A DNA stretch of 63,513 nucleotides, the filler included, from Octopus bimaculoides (lineage: Eukaryota): the NCBI RefSeq assembly GCF_001194135.2. It is 7 parts of 6 records of this genome, joined end to end, with 100 filler letters (N's around TTAATTAATTAA, not from the genome) between each part and the next. Parts side by side here need not be neighbours in the genome. Positions count along the whole stretch, not along the records: positions 1 to 5,531 come from NC_068988.1; positions 5,632 to 11,029 come from NC_069010.1; positions 11,130 to 29,474 come from NC_068981.1; 4 more parts are not named here. One strand, 5' to 3'. This document shows positions 1 to 11,170 of the stretch, piece by piece. How positions within the stretch are numbered: position 1 is the first letter of the stretch; each line of letters starts with the position of its first letter. Made by a program: the position numbers and the translations under genes. The notes beneath the pieces are model-generated. The model was not told the origin of the DNA. It was given only the letters and a program-made list of their open reading frames with translations, and did no database searches.

Positions 1-203
1 ATTGTGCCTTGAAATTTAACACACTCACCGGTAAAATTTCCACTTATTTCTTATTTTTATTTTCCTAAAATTTTCGTTGCATCTTGCAGCCTTTTCAATA
101 GTCTTGACTATTGAAAAGGTTGCAAGACGAAAATTTTAGGAAAATAAAAATAAGAAATAAGTGGAAATTTTAACGGTGAGTGTATTAAATTTCAAGGCAC
201 AAT
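1..203. repeat. Near-perfect palindrome (about 100-bp arms, about 2-nt loop) next to the Penelope 3' end
   Basis: attgtgccttgaaattt...atagtc tt gactat...aaatttcaaggcacaat, with a few mismatches and one small indel. It may extend beyond the window edge. Confidence 0.9.
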
Positions 204-249
204 AAGAAAATGACTCTCCCCAGACACAACAATATATATATATCTATAT

Positions 250-1229
250 TGACCTGGAGTTTAATAGAAAGTTAGGAATCTTAGATCTGAACAGGATCTG
301 TGCTCTTTCAGCCAAACAAAGTTTACATTTATTCAATCCATTCACAAAAGGTGTGGATTTCTCAATTACTTTACATTTAATCACATGCGGTGTTTCGTCC
401 ATATGTAGCTAGCCAACTTGGTTGCTTTACTTTTGTCTCTTTGTTGGAAGGAGGCTATGTGATTGGCATAGCAATTTTTAGATTCACCTTCAGATAATCC
501 AATATAGTTCTTCTTATCAGTTTAGAGTTGCAGTAACTTCTGCCTCATATATGATAGATTTAGTCATATGTCATTGGTCAAGTGAACAGGATCCTGGGTC
601 GTGACAGAAATCTTTTATCAATGTTAATTTTTATATTAAGGGAAAAGGGAGGGGTGAGCTAAATTTTCCTTGGCTTATTTTTAGATTTCTTATTATCCTG
701 ATTTAACTAGAGTGGTTATGTACTATTTTATCTTTGATGTCACTAGATCTATTATTAATATTTTGATTATAATTAGATGGACTATATATTAATTTATCTT
801 TGAGTCGACTATTGGCTAGGACCTTATTATAATAGGGGGCAGCTTTCTCGAAAATTTCTTTGGAAGAAGAAAGATTAGATGATCTGTTACTAACATTAGC
901 TATCGGGTTTTTAAATATTACAGGAGGGTTTAAATTAAATATTAAGACTGTTTATGTATATATGCGAGTTTCTCATTAGGCTTATGGAAAGGTTTATACG
1001 AGGAGGATTTTAAATCTATGGAAACATCTAAATAATCAACTATAGAGAGATTAGTAGCTACTCTAATTTTAAGTTCTAATTGATTAAAGGTAGAAATTAG
1101 TTGCTTCCTAAATCTATCAAGGGTTTGACCATCACACTCATGGGAAATACCCAAACTGTTGATATGGTATAGGCCAGTATCATGAGATGGGTATCTATAT
1201 CTCAATGTCTTTATTATAAATAAACCCAC
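250..1229 (-). mobile_element. Penelope-like retroelement fragment (RT C-terminal part + GIY-YIG endonuclease), degenerate
   Basis: RT-like segment LDRFRKQLISTFNQLELKIRVATNLSIVDYLDVSIDLKSSSYKPFHKPN. Further 3': YEAEV...KNYIGLSEGE...ANHIASF and CKLCLAERAQIL...LLNSRS, interrupted by stops and frameshifts. Confidence 0.85.
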
Positions 1230-1356
1230 AAATTCAGTACATTATATGTACTTTTTTGACGTCTCGTACCCGGATATGCATCTATATCTACATGTAGATG
1301 TAGGTATGTACATATATGTATGTATACATGCATATTCTCATATATCATTTGTATTG

Positions 1357-1394
<38 letters not shown>

Positions 1395-1422
<28 letters not shown>

Positions 1423-1745
1423 CCATCCTGAGCGTGACCGTTGCCAGTACCACCTGACTGGCCTTGTAGGGTTTTCGAGCGAGATCGTTGCCAGTGCCCC
1501 TGGACTGGCTCTTGTGCGGGTGGCACATAAAAGACACCATTTCGAGCGTGGCCGTTTTCGTGCGGGTGACACATAAAAGCACCCACTACACTCTGAGTGG
1601 TTGGCGTTAGGAAGGGCATCCAGCTGTAGAAACTCTGCCAAATTAGATTGGAGCCTGGTGTTGCCATCCGGTTTCACCAGTCCTCAGTCAAATTGTCCAA
1701 CCCATGCTAGCATGGAAAGCGGACGTTAAACGATGATGATGATGA
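1395..1745 (+). mobile_element. SINE family A (ggaagggcatccagctgtagaaac core, (GAT)n tail)
   Basis: Near-identical copy at 9671-10042. Partial copies at about 2220-2322(-), 3290-3530, 3935-4170, 6480-6630, 10910-11030(-) and 23765-23830(-). Confidence 0.8.
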
Positions 1746-2147
1746 TATATATATATATATATATATATATAGCTTAGTTGGTTGAAACTTCGAAGTCACT
1801 GTCAACAACATTCTTGTTTAAGAACAATAAATTTGTACCCTACAAAAGTACAGAGTAACCCAGCATATTAATGTAAAAGTGTTTTTATTATAGCTGAACA
1901 TAAAAGTAAATATCAGTGTACACACATGCATGCACACGCACGTGGGCATGCACACACACACCCATAGATATTTAAAATGGCAATCCAAAACCTGAAAGAG
2001 ATGGGCTTCTTCTAGAAGTCTGTAGTCTAGAAGTCACATGGAACTGTATCCTGTATCAAACCATTTTAAATAATGGATGTAACTCCTACTAAATGTGGTG
2101 AGTGCCCTGTTCTTTTGTTTGTCCACTCACTCATGTGCGTGTATATT

Positions 2148-2216
<69 letters not shown>

Positions 2217-2660
2217 GGTAAGTGATCATCATTGTTTTTGTGTTTGCTTCTCCTTGCATGGGTCAGATGGAATTCATTGTGACAGATTTTCTATGGCTGG
2301 ATGCCATTCCTGTTGTCAGCCANNNNNNNNNNNNNNNNNNNNNNNNNNNNNNNNNNNNNNNNNNNNNNNNNNNNNNNNNNNNNNNNNNNNNNNNNNNNNN
2401 NNNNNNNNNNNNNNNNNNNNNNNNNNNNNNNNNNNNNNNNNNNNNNNNNNNNNNNNNNNNNNNNNNNNNNNNNNNNNNNNNNNNNNNNNNNNNNNNNNNN
2501 NNNNNNNNNNNNNNNNNNNNNNNNNNNNNNNNNNNNNNNNNNNNNNNNNNNNNNNNNNNNNNNNNNNNNNNNNNNNNNNNNNNNNNNNNNNNNNNNNNNN
2601 NNNNNNNNNNNNNNNNCTGTATTCAATAGTGAGGCTATTGTTTTGTTATGGAAACTGAGT

Positions 2661-3029
2661 TGTTGGCACTCCGTCACTTACGACGTTGAGGGTTCCAGTT
2701 GATCCGATCAACGGAACAGCCTGCTCGTGAAATTAACGTGCAAGTGGCTGAGCACTCCACAGACATGTTACCCTTAACACAGTTCTCGGGGATATTCAGC
2801 GTGACAGAGTGTGACAAGGCTGACCCTTTGAATTACAAGCACAACAGAAACAAGAAGTAAGAGTGGGAGAAAGTTGTGGTGGAAGAGTACAGCAGTGTTC
2901 GCCGGAGCCTCGTGGAGCTTTTAGGTGTTTTCACTCAATAAACACTCACAACACCCGGTCTGGGAATCAAAACTGCGATCCTATGACCGCGAGTCCGCTG
3001 CCCTAACCACTGGGCCATTGCGCCTCCAC
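2661..3029 (-). mobile_element. tRNA-derived SINE family D with 12-bp TSD
   Basis: Head gtggaggcgcaatggcccagtggttagggcagcggactcgcggtcataggatcgcagttttgattccc with A/B boxes. TSD tggaaactgagt at 2649-2660 and 3030-3041. Partial copies at 10640-10752 and 28870-28985. Confidence 0.85.
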
Positions 3030-3748
3030 TGGAAACTGAGTACATAGAAACAAAGAAATCAAACATGCATGCACGCATACACACATACACACGCACACAC
3101 ACATATCACTGGCCCTCTTTAGTTTCTGTTTACTAATATTGGTTTCAAACTTTGGCACAAGGCCAGCAATTTCAGGGGTGTGGGTAAGTCGATTACATTC
3201 ACCTCAGTGCTGAACTGGTACTTATTCTATCAACCCTGAAAGGATGAAAGGCAAAGTCAACCTTGGCGTGAAGATGGACAAAATACCACTCAGCATATTG
3301 CGCAGTGGTTGTAAATGGGTGTCACCATCTTTCAAGCTCTGTCCTTCATTTCCAGTCTTCTGTGGAAATGTCTCAGCACATGTGGAGATATATGAGATAT
3401 ATTTTTGCTTGGAAACAGGTGAGGGTTGGCAACAAGAAGGGCATGTAGTCCTAGAAAATTTGCTTTAAGGAATTCCATTTGCAAACATGGAACAGTGTAC
3501 GTTAAAACGATGATGATGATGATGATGATGAAATGTATGTGTGTGTGTGTGTGTGTGTGATGGTATTATTGGTATATCTTTCCATCTGACCGATCACTGG
3601 TTTATTGTGCTTTGGATTGCAAGAATAACAAAAGATTGCTTGTACGACTCAATTCAGAACAAATAAGCAACAGGGCATGCTTTTATTTGAAAGAATTGGC
3701 TTTTCATATTTTTCACTATTTTTACATTTTTTTTCCAATATATATATG

Positions 3749-3817
<69 letters not shown>

Positions 3818-4133
3818 ACCCACACACTTGTGTGTGTGTGTGTGTATAAATATATATATATAATTATAAATGTACATAATCCACCTCCCTCAATACTATC
3901 ACCCCCACCCCCCCAGTCAAGGGAACTTTGTCTTGCAAGTTAATGGGTGATCACAGTAGTGCTGGTGCTATGTAAAAAGCACCCAGTACACTCTGTAGAG
4001 TGGTTGGCATTAGGAAGGGCATCCAGCCTTAGAAACCATGCCAAAACAGGTAATAGAACTGGGAGTCCTCTGGCTTGCCAGCTCTTGTCAAACTGTCCAA
4101 CCCATGCCAGCATGGAAAACAAGCATTAAATGT

Positions 4134-4170
<37 letters not shown>

Positions 4171-5148
4171 ATATGTATGCATGCATGTATGTATTCAAGA
4201 ATTGCTATTTCAAATGAGACAGTATAGCAATTAACTAATGCTCAGAACTCCTTGTAAATCCATGTTTATACACATTCCAATCGGGTATTAAGCATAATTT
4301 GTTCTCCAATTTTCTTTTGACATTATATATTCGAATCATTTGCAGAGCATACATCTGAAAACAGAATAGAACAGGTGATTTAGTTATACTATTTATTATT
4401 ACTGCTTAAATTACATAATCTTTACACATGTTTCACTAGTGTGTACTACTATATTGTGCATAATGATTACTGCACAATGTACAGTGCGTTAACATAAGAG
4501 ATGCAGGATGAGAGCACATACTAGGCTTGGTGATGATCAATGAGTTAAAGAATGTTGTACACACATGCACAGTGAGGGAAAAAAATTTAGACAAAGAGGG
4601 TGGAAGGAGGAATAGGAGTAAATGACCGATTAATTATGGGAAGAGTTATTCAAATGAGAAATGTATTTTCTTTAATTTTATGTTAAAGTAATAAATATTT
4701 TTCTCTTCAAATTTAGTATTCATTTCATCATTTTGTATGTAAGCATGTATGTATGCCATATTTCCTGATATACCTAAAATAGCAAAAATATACTTCCGAA
4801 GTTACCTGTAATATGAAGAGTAACACTCAAGTAACAACAACCATATTGATAATAGTAAAAATCCTTTCTACTATAGGCACAAGGCCTGAAATTTGGGGGA
4901 TGAGACTAGTCGATTGGTACCAGTGCTCCACTGGTACTTATTTCATCAGCCCTGAAAGGATGAAAGGCAAGGTCAACCTTGGCAGAATTTGAACTCAGAA
5001 CATAAAAACAGACAAAATGCCAGTAAGCATTTTGCCTGGCATGCTAATGATTCTGCCTGCTTGCCACCTTAATAATAATAATAATAATAATAATAATGAT
5101 AATAAAAATAATAATAATAGTAATAATAATAACAATAATAATAATAAT

Positions 5149-5531
5149 GAGGGAGACACGCTCTCTCCACTCCTATTCTGCCTGGCACTCACACCTTTAA
5201 CAGAATTGCTAAATAGAACTGGATGCGGTTACAAATGCTATGGAAAAACAGTCAGCCACCTTCTATATATGGATGACCTAAAATTATATGCAAAAAACGA
5301 CAAAGAGCTAGAAACACTACTACAGACAGTACACGGCTTTACCAAGGAAATAGAAATGAAATTCGGATTAGAAAAATGTGCCAAAGCAACCCTGAAAAGA
5401 GGAAAATTAGTTAAAAGTAGCAATATAACACTAGATAAAGCCAATGAAATAAGAGAACTAGACGAAAGCCAACCATATAAGTATTTAGGAGTCAATGAAC
5501 TAGATAGGATACAACATACACAAATGAAAGA
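5149..5531 (+). mobile_element. R4/Dong-like non-LTR retrotransposon RT fragment, 5'-truncated, abutting (AAT)n
   Basis: GDTLSPLLFCLALTPL...VSHLLYMDDLKLYAKND...MKFGLEKCAK...YKYLG, uninterrupted up to the contig end. Confidence 0.85.
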
Positions 5532-6160
5532 NNNNNNNNNNNNNNNNNNNNNNNNNNNNNNNNNNNNNNNNNNNNTTAATTAATTAANNNNNNNNNNNNN
5601 NNNNNNNNNNNNNNNNNNNNNNNNNNNNNNNATAATAATAATAATAAATGATAATAATAATCTGTTTTACTAAAGGCACAAGGCCTGAAATTTGGGGGTT
5701 GGGGACTAGTCAAATACATCGATACCAGTATTTCCCTTTTACTTAATTTATCGAATCTGAAGTGATCAAAGGCAAAGTTGACCTCAGTGGAATTTGAACT
5801 GAGAATGAAATACTGCTAAACATTTTGTCTCCAGAATGGTAAGGGGCTAAGTCGATTACATCGACCCCAGAAATTATCTTTATTTAATGAAAATTTAATA
5901 AAATTTAATCATAAGTATGTGAAATTATGCTAAATACAACTAAACTGGAAACGTTTTCTCCCTGGCTATATCGGCAATTCTGAAAACTTTTGGGTGTGAA
6001 TTTTACATGAGTAGAAGCTTTTTTTTAACAAATATTATCCAGAAAAATCACCTGCGTAAATTACACAGGTGCGCTAATTACCGTTTTCTTCAGTTTTCTT
6101 ATATACCAGATAATGCTTCATGGAAACTATATTAATGTCGTTCTTATTTTGTTTTGGTAG

Positions 6161-6393
6161 GACTGCTTACTTCCGCATGTTGAGAACGGAACATTTATTT
6201 TGCTGGGCGCCACCACAGAAAACCCCTCATTCCAAGTAAATTCTGCTCTTCTTAGTCGGTGCCATGTTGTAGTCTTGGAGAAGTTGAGTGTGGAAGAAGT
6301 GTCGACAATATTACGGAATGCCGTGGAATCCTTAAAGCTTAAATGTTTTTCTGACGCCAGTGAAATAGACAAACTTGCAGCTGATAAAGAAGG
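6161..6393 (+). CDS. WRNIP1: Internal exon of WRNIP1 (Werner helicase-interacting protein 1, MgsA/RarA-type AAA+ ATPase)
   Basis: ttttggtag acceptor and GG|gtaaga donor. Translates [77 protein letters not shown], matching the conserved LPHVE-G...[18 protein letters not shown] motif as recalled for human WRNIP1. No other WRNIP1 exon was found. Confidence 0.93.
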
Positions 6394-6886
6394 GTAAGAG
6401 ATTGTTGTTGATGGTATTATCTTTATTATTATTATTATTATTATTATTGCGAAGACTTATTGGGGCAAGCGAAAGCGAATTTGTGATGGCACCTGTGCCC
6501 AGCATCGCCTTTCTGGCACTTGTGCAGGTGGCATGTCTAAGGATTTTCGAGCGAGATCGTTGCCAGTGCCCCTGGACAGACTCTTGTGCAGGTGGCACAT
6601 AAAATACACCATTTTGAGCGTAGCCGTTGCNNNNNNNNNNNNNNNNNNNNNNNNNNNNNNNNNNNNNNNNNNNNNNNNNNNNNNNNNNNNNNNNNNNNNN
6701 NNNNNNNNNNNNNNNNNNNNNNNNNNNNNNATTTTATTTTTACCTTCTGTGATTCTATGTATACGTATTATTTTTTATGTGTCTGAAAACCATGGTGATT
6801 TTTATATATGATTAAATGTTTGAGGGTGGGGTGTTGTATGTAAAGTCGTTGACCAAAACTTAATGCTTGTTCTATAACCAATGCTT

Positions 6887-6950
<64 letters not shown>

Positions 6951-6955
6951 TCGTT

Positions 6956-7368
6956 ACTCTTTTACTTGTTTCAGTCATTTGACTGTGGCCATGCTGGAGC
7001 ACCGCCTTTAGTCGAGCAAATCGAGCCCAGGACTTATTCTTTGTAAGCCTAGTACTTATTCTATCGGTCTCTTTTTGCCGAACCGCTAAGTTACGAGGAC
7101 GTAAACACACCAGCATCGGTTGTCAAGCGATGTTGGGGTGTGGGACAAACACACACACACATATATATATATGTATGTATATATATATATATATGTACAT
7201 GTATACGATGGGCTTCTTTCAGTTTCCGCCTACCAAATCCACTCACAAGGCTTTGGTCGGCCCGAGGCTATAGTAGAAGACACTTGCCCAAGGTGCCACG
7301 CAGTGGGACTGAACCCAGAACCATGTGGTTGGTAAGCAAGCTACTTACCACACAGCCACTCCTACGCC
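6956..7368 (-). mobile_element. tRNA-derived SINE family C with internal (TA/TG)n
   Basis: Head ggcgtaggagtggctgtgtggtaag...gggttcagtcccactgcgtggcaccttgggcaagtg; tail gactgaaacaagtaaaagag. Other copies at about 7715-8090, 39100-39545, 43838-43980, 47100-47240, 47850-48254, 50575-51260, 55555-55920, 60825-61150, 62205-62345 and 28700-28860. Confidence 0.85.
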
Positions 7369-7414
7369 TATATCTATATCTATCTATCTATATATATATA
7401 TATGAATAATTATA

Positions 7415-7680
7415 ATTAAGGCCTCTGGAATGCCATTTGGTGAATGTGGGAGTTTGATGCCACTACCCTCATCTTTGTTTCTTGCCTTGAGGTAGGCTCA
7501 TCTGAAACCCTTGACAGGAGGAGATCCAGTTTTATTTTGAAGACGCCTCTATCCACACCATGCCAGTCTCTCAGGCATTTTAGGATACTGAAGGGCTGCT
7601 GGCCCTTGAAACCCAAGCTGCTGCTGCAGCATCTGTTTCTTGTAATGCTGGGATCTTTGGCACTATGCAGTGCCACCCTC
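7415..7680 (-). mobile_element. CR1/L2-like LINE 3' fragment
   Basis: LRDWHGVDRGVFKIKLDLLLSRVSDEPTSRQE...ASNSHIHQ, typical of post-RT C-terminal LINE sequence. Confidence 0.6.
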
Positions 7681-8231
7681 CCCCGTTCTGCTGTTTACTC
7701 CCCTTTTTTTTTCTTTTACCTGTTTCAGTCATTTGAGTATGGCCAAGCTGGAGCACCACCTTAAAAGGACTTATCTTTAATAAGTGTAGTACTTATTCTA
7801 TTGGTATCTTTTGCTGAACCGTCAGGTTAAGGGACATAAACACACCAGTTGTCAAGCAATGGAAATGGGGACAGATATAGATGCATACACATATATATAT
7901 ACACACACACACACACACATACATATATATATATATGATGGGCTTCTTTCAGTTTCCATCTACCAAATCCACTCACAAGGCTTTGGTCAACCGAAGGGTT
8001 TAGTAGAAGACACTTGCCCAAGGTGCCACGCAGTGGGACTAAACCCGAAACCATGTGGTTGGGAAGCAAGCTTCTTACCACACAGCCATGCAAACATATA
8101 CACAAACTCAGAGGTATGATAAAAATTAACAAGGAAAACAGTTTAGAAATATAAATAAATATTTATTTATTTTTTAGTCAATGACTTTTTACATTAAAAA
8201 TGTTCGTTAGCGATGCTAACAAAGGGGATAA

Positions 8232-8308
8232 TTAGACTGGTGGCCATAGTTCTTTTACTGCAGCATGTTGTTCCTCAGGTAGCCATTTCAAGTATTCTGC
8301 TAAAAGAT
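8232..8308 (-). CDS. DHX37: Terminal coding exon of DHX37
   Basis: ttgttttctttgtag acceptor. (Y)LLAEYLKWLPEEQHAAVKELWPPV* matches the DHX37 C-terminus YLLAEYxxWLPxxxHxxxxxxWPP. AATAAA lies about 65-75 nt past the stop on the minus strand. Confidence 0.88.
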
Positions 8309-8419
8309 CTACAAAGAAAACAAATTAAACAAATTGTTAATGATTGGGGCTGGTATTTAATTTATCCATCCATCTTCTCTGCTCACTATTTCTGAGAGGG
8401 TTGTGGAGGTAGAGTCCTG

Positions 8420-8890
8420 AGGTACCTCCTATATAGGGTCCTATCAGAAACAACCATATTTACTCTTTTCCTCCGGGGTCCCCCAAGCATGACCAACAGA
8501 GACTATAGATATCATCCAACCATGTCTACCCTTAGGTCTCCTGCCAGTTGGCTTAGCTTGAAGAATCCATCTTGCGATTCTGTCCTGTAGCGTTCTAATC
8601 ACATCTGTAGAACTGGAGCCGTGACCTCTCTTGATGCAGATGGCTCAACCGGGAGAGAGTCCTTGAGACTGTGAATATTCCCCGATCATCTTGTTCTTGG
8701 TCGACCCCTAGGTCTCTCACCAGATGATTCTTTTCTGTGACATTCTAATCACAATGTCCCTTTGTGCTGGAGAGACACCCTGCGGCTATGGATATTATCC
8801 AACCACCTCGTTCTAGGACGACTGGCTCAAGTACGGCCATACTTTGACATCCATACTACAACAAAATACAGAATACACTGTTGGACCACT
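8420..8890 (-). mobile_element. RTE-like LINE 3' fragment, degenerate
   Basis: RIARWILQAKPTGRRPKGR...W segment, similar to the RTE C-terminal RxRGRPxxRWxD motif. Confidence 0.55.
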
Positions 8891-9265
8891 GAACTCAACA
8901 CATATTTCTTCCTCTCCCTCGGATTATTTCCTTTTATATTCCTTTCTGTCAAAGATCATAGGTTTGAAACGTAAGAGATTTTTCTATTGTTGTTCCTACA
9001 CCAATCTTCGTCTTTGATTTTCTATAAATTTTAACTATATATATATATATATACAATAATAGGATAAACTCTCATATAAGAATTTATCAAGTAGTAAAAA
9101 ATGTGTTTATTATGGTAGTTAACGTGAGGCATTCTTGTATAGTTATGCCCTTATATATATATATACATATATACCTATCGCTACTATTACACCACCACAT
9201 ACATTAATACACCCACTAATCACTTCTCCTACATTTCGCACACCACAAACTCTGAACATACTCCT

Positions 9266-9345
9266 CAACATTCTGATGAGATCTGCCAAACCACTGGCTA
9301 GATTGAAACGTATGTAAATGACTATTGCATAACATACACAATGAC
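9266..9345 (+). ncRNA. Hammerhead-like motif with canonical core in the last DHX37 intron (antisense to the gene)
   Basis: CTGATGA-G-ATCT.GCCA(aaccac)TGGC.t.AGAT-T-GAAA-CGTA. Stem I pairing is imperfect. Confidence 0.4.
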
Positions 9346-9670
9346 TCACTACATAACCTCAACCTCCACAATGGCTCATTACATAACCTCCACGTAATAA
9401 AACAGCGGCTAACTAGTCCAACAGTATTGCTTTTTCTTGTATTTGTTGTTCCATCCCTTAATTATATTTATAAATATATGAACTTTTTTTATAAATATAT
9501 TTATAAATATATGAACTTTTTTTGAATAAGTTCTCCACCAATAATGGTGCTTTCATACCGTTGGGCTTGGTAAAAATTATTAATAATTAATTGATTTATT
9601 AATTAATATAGGAAATGTGCTGTGCGTGAGAAGACNNNNNNNNNNNNNNNNNNNNNNNNNNNNNNNNNNN

Positions 9671-10042
9671 CCCTGGACTGGTTCTTGTGCGGGTGGCACA
9701 TGAGATGCACCATTTTGAGCGTGGCCGTTGCCAGTACCGCCTGACTGGCTCCCGTAGGATTTTCGAGTGAGATTGTTGCCAGTGCCCCTGGACTGGCTTG
9801 TGCGGGTGGCACATAAAAGACACCATTTCGAGCGTGGCCGTTTTCGTGCGGGTGACACGTAAAAGCACCCACTACACTTTCTGAGTGGTTGGTGTTAGGA
9901 AGGGCATCCAGCTGTAGAAACTCTGCCAAATTTAGATTGGAGCCTGGTGTTGCCATCCGGTTTCACCAGTCCTCAGTCAAATCGTCCAACCCATGCTAGC
10001 ATGGAGAGCGGACGTTAAACGATGATGATGATGATGATGATA
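9671..10042 (+). mobile_element. SINE family A copy in the last DHX37 intron
   Basis: High identity to 1395-1745; (GAT)n tail. Confidence 0.8.
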
Positions 10043-10208
10043 TATATATAAATGTTATGAAGGGTATTGGAGTCAACCAAACCCTAAAGATACAGGTAAT
10101 ACTGAGTAAGGGCTGTGTCCCGACTAGTTTTGCCCCTGTCGTGGTTGCAACATGAGTGGGGAATATAACATGGGTCGTGTATTAGCGTGTGTGTGTATAA
10201 AGAGAGAA

Positions 10209-10286
10209 AAGGATAAAGAGAACAATGGCAAAGTTAGAATTATATTTTATGGATAATTCTAACTTTGCCATTGGTCGCTTTATCTT
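10209..10286. repeat. Short hairpin (about 35-bp arms) in the last DHX37 intron
   Basis: caatggcaaagttagaattat / ataattctaactttgccattg. Confidence 0.8.
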
Positions 10287-10444
10287 ATTCTTTCTTTATA
10301 TATATATATATATATATAATAGACAACCACAGTAATTCACACACCATACCATATAACTATTATAACATACTTATATTACACCATATAAACACTAATAAAG
10401 TTACACCATAAAATCACAGTATTATATGATGACAAAAAACTTAC

Positions 10445-10542
10445 AAGTCTCATTCTTAGACCATTCGTCTGTTAGTGACTTCTTGTCATCGACGTCTGCA
10501 GCCAGAAGGCACCTCAGGAGTTTCTCTGTCTCTGGTTTTAGC
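10445..10542 (-). CDS. DHX37: Penultimate coding exon of DEAH-box RNA helicase DHX37 (Dhr1/Kurz)
   Basis: Pyrimidine tract + cag acceptor, gtaagt donor, 98 nt. Gives LKPETEKLLRCLLAADVDDKKSLTDEWSKNET, resembling the recalled human DHX37 segment [32 protein letters not shown]. Phase joins the 8308 exon. Confidence 0.85.
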
Positions 10543-11129
10543 CTGTCCAGGAGGAAGCAATAAAGAAATATTAATTAAGTCTTTAACATTTAACCCTTTT
10601 ATTACCATATTCCTGGGAGAATAATGACAATAACGAAGGTGTTTTAGGTGTTTTCGCACAATAAACACTCACGACGCCTGGTCTGGGAATCGAAACCGCG
10701 ATCCTACGACCGCGAGTCCGCTGCCCTAACCACTGGGCCAATGCGCCTCCACGCTTCCCTGAATAAAGAAAGTCTTTCCACACAGCCATAGCTTTTTTTC
10801 CTCAAACTACTAGAAACCCAAAGTAACTTCATCCTTTTTTGTCTTAATTTCTCCTTCTTCATAGCCATACTAAGCGGTTTCTCGCCTTGTCTGGGACTTC
10901 CTTCATCATCACCACCATCATCATCATCGTTTAACGTCCGCTTTCTCTGCTAGCATGGGTTGGACGGCTTGACAAAAACTGATAAGCCAGAGAGCTGCAC
11001 TAGGCGCCAGTCGTCTGTTCTGGTTTGATNNNNNNNNNNNNNNNNNNNNNNNNNNNNNNNNNNNNNNNNNNNNTTAATTAATTAANNNNNNNNNNNNNNN
11101 NNNNNNNNNNNNNNNNNNNNNNNNNNNNN

Positions 11130-11170
<41 letters not shown>

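Noticed and set aside
2960-3029. tRNA-like sequences with A and B boxes (also the heads of SINE B and C)
   Set aside because: They continue into SINE bodies, one with a TSD, and lack a full cloverleaf: SINE heads, not tRNA genes.
5577-5588. TTAATTAATTAA island inside N runs (also at about 11074, 29519, 37944, 51363 and 61352)
   Set aside because: An identical 12-mer with stops in all six frames, centred in gaps: a scaffolding linker, not biological sequence.
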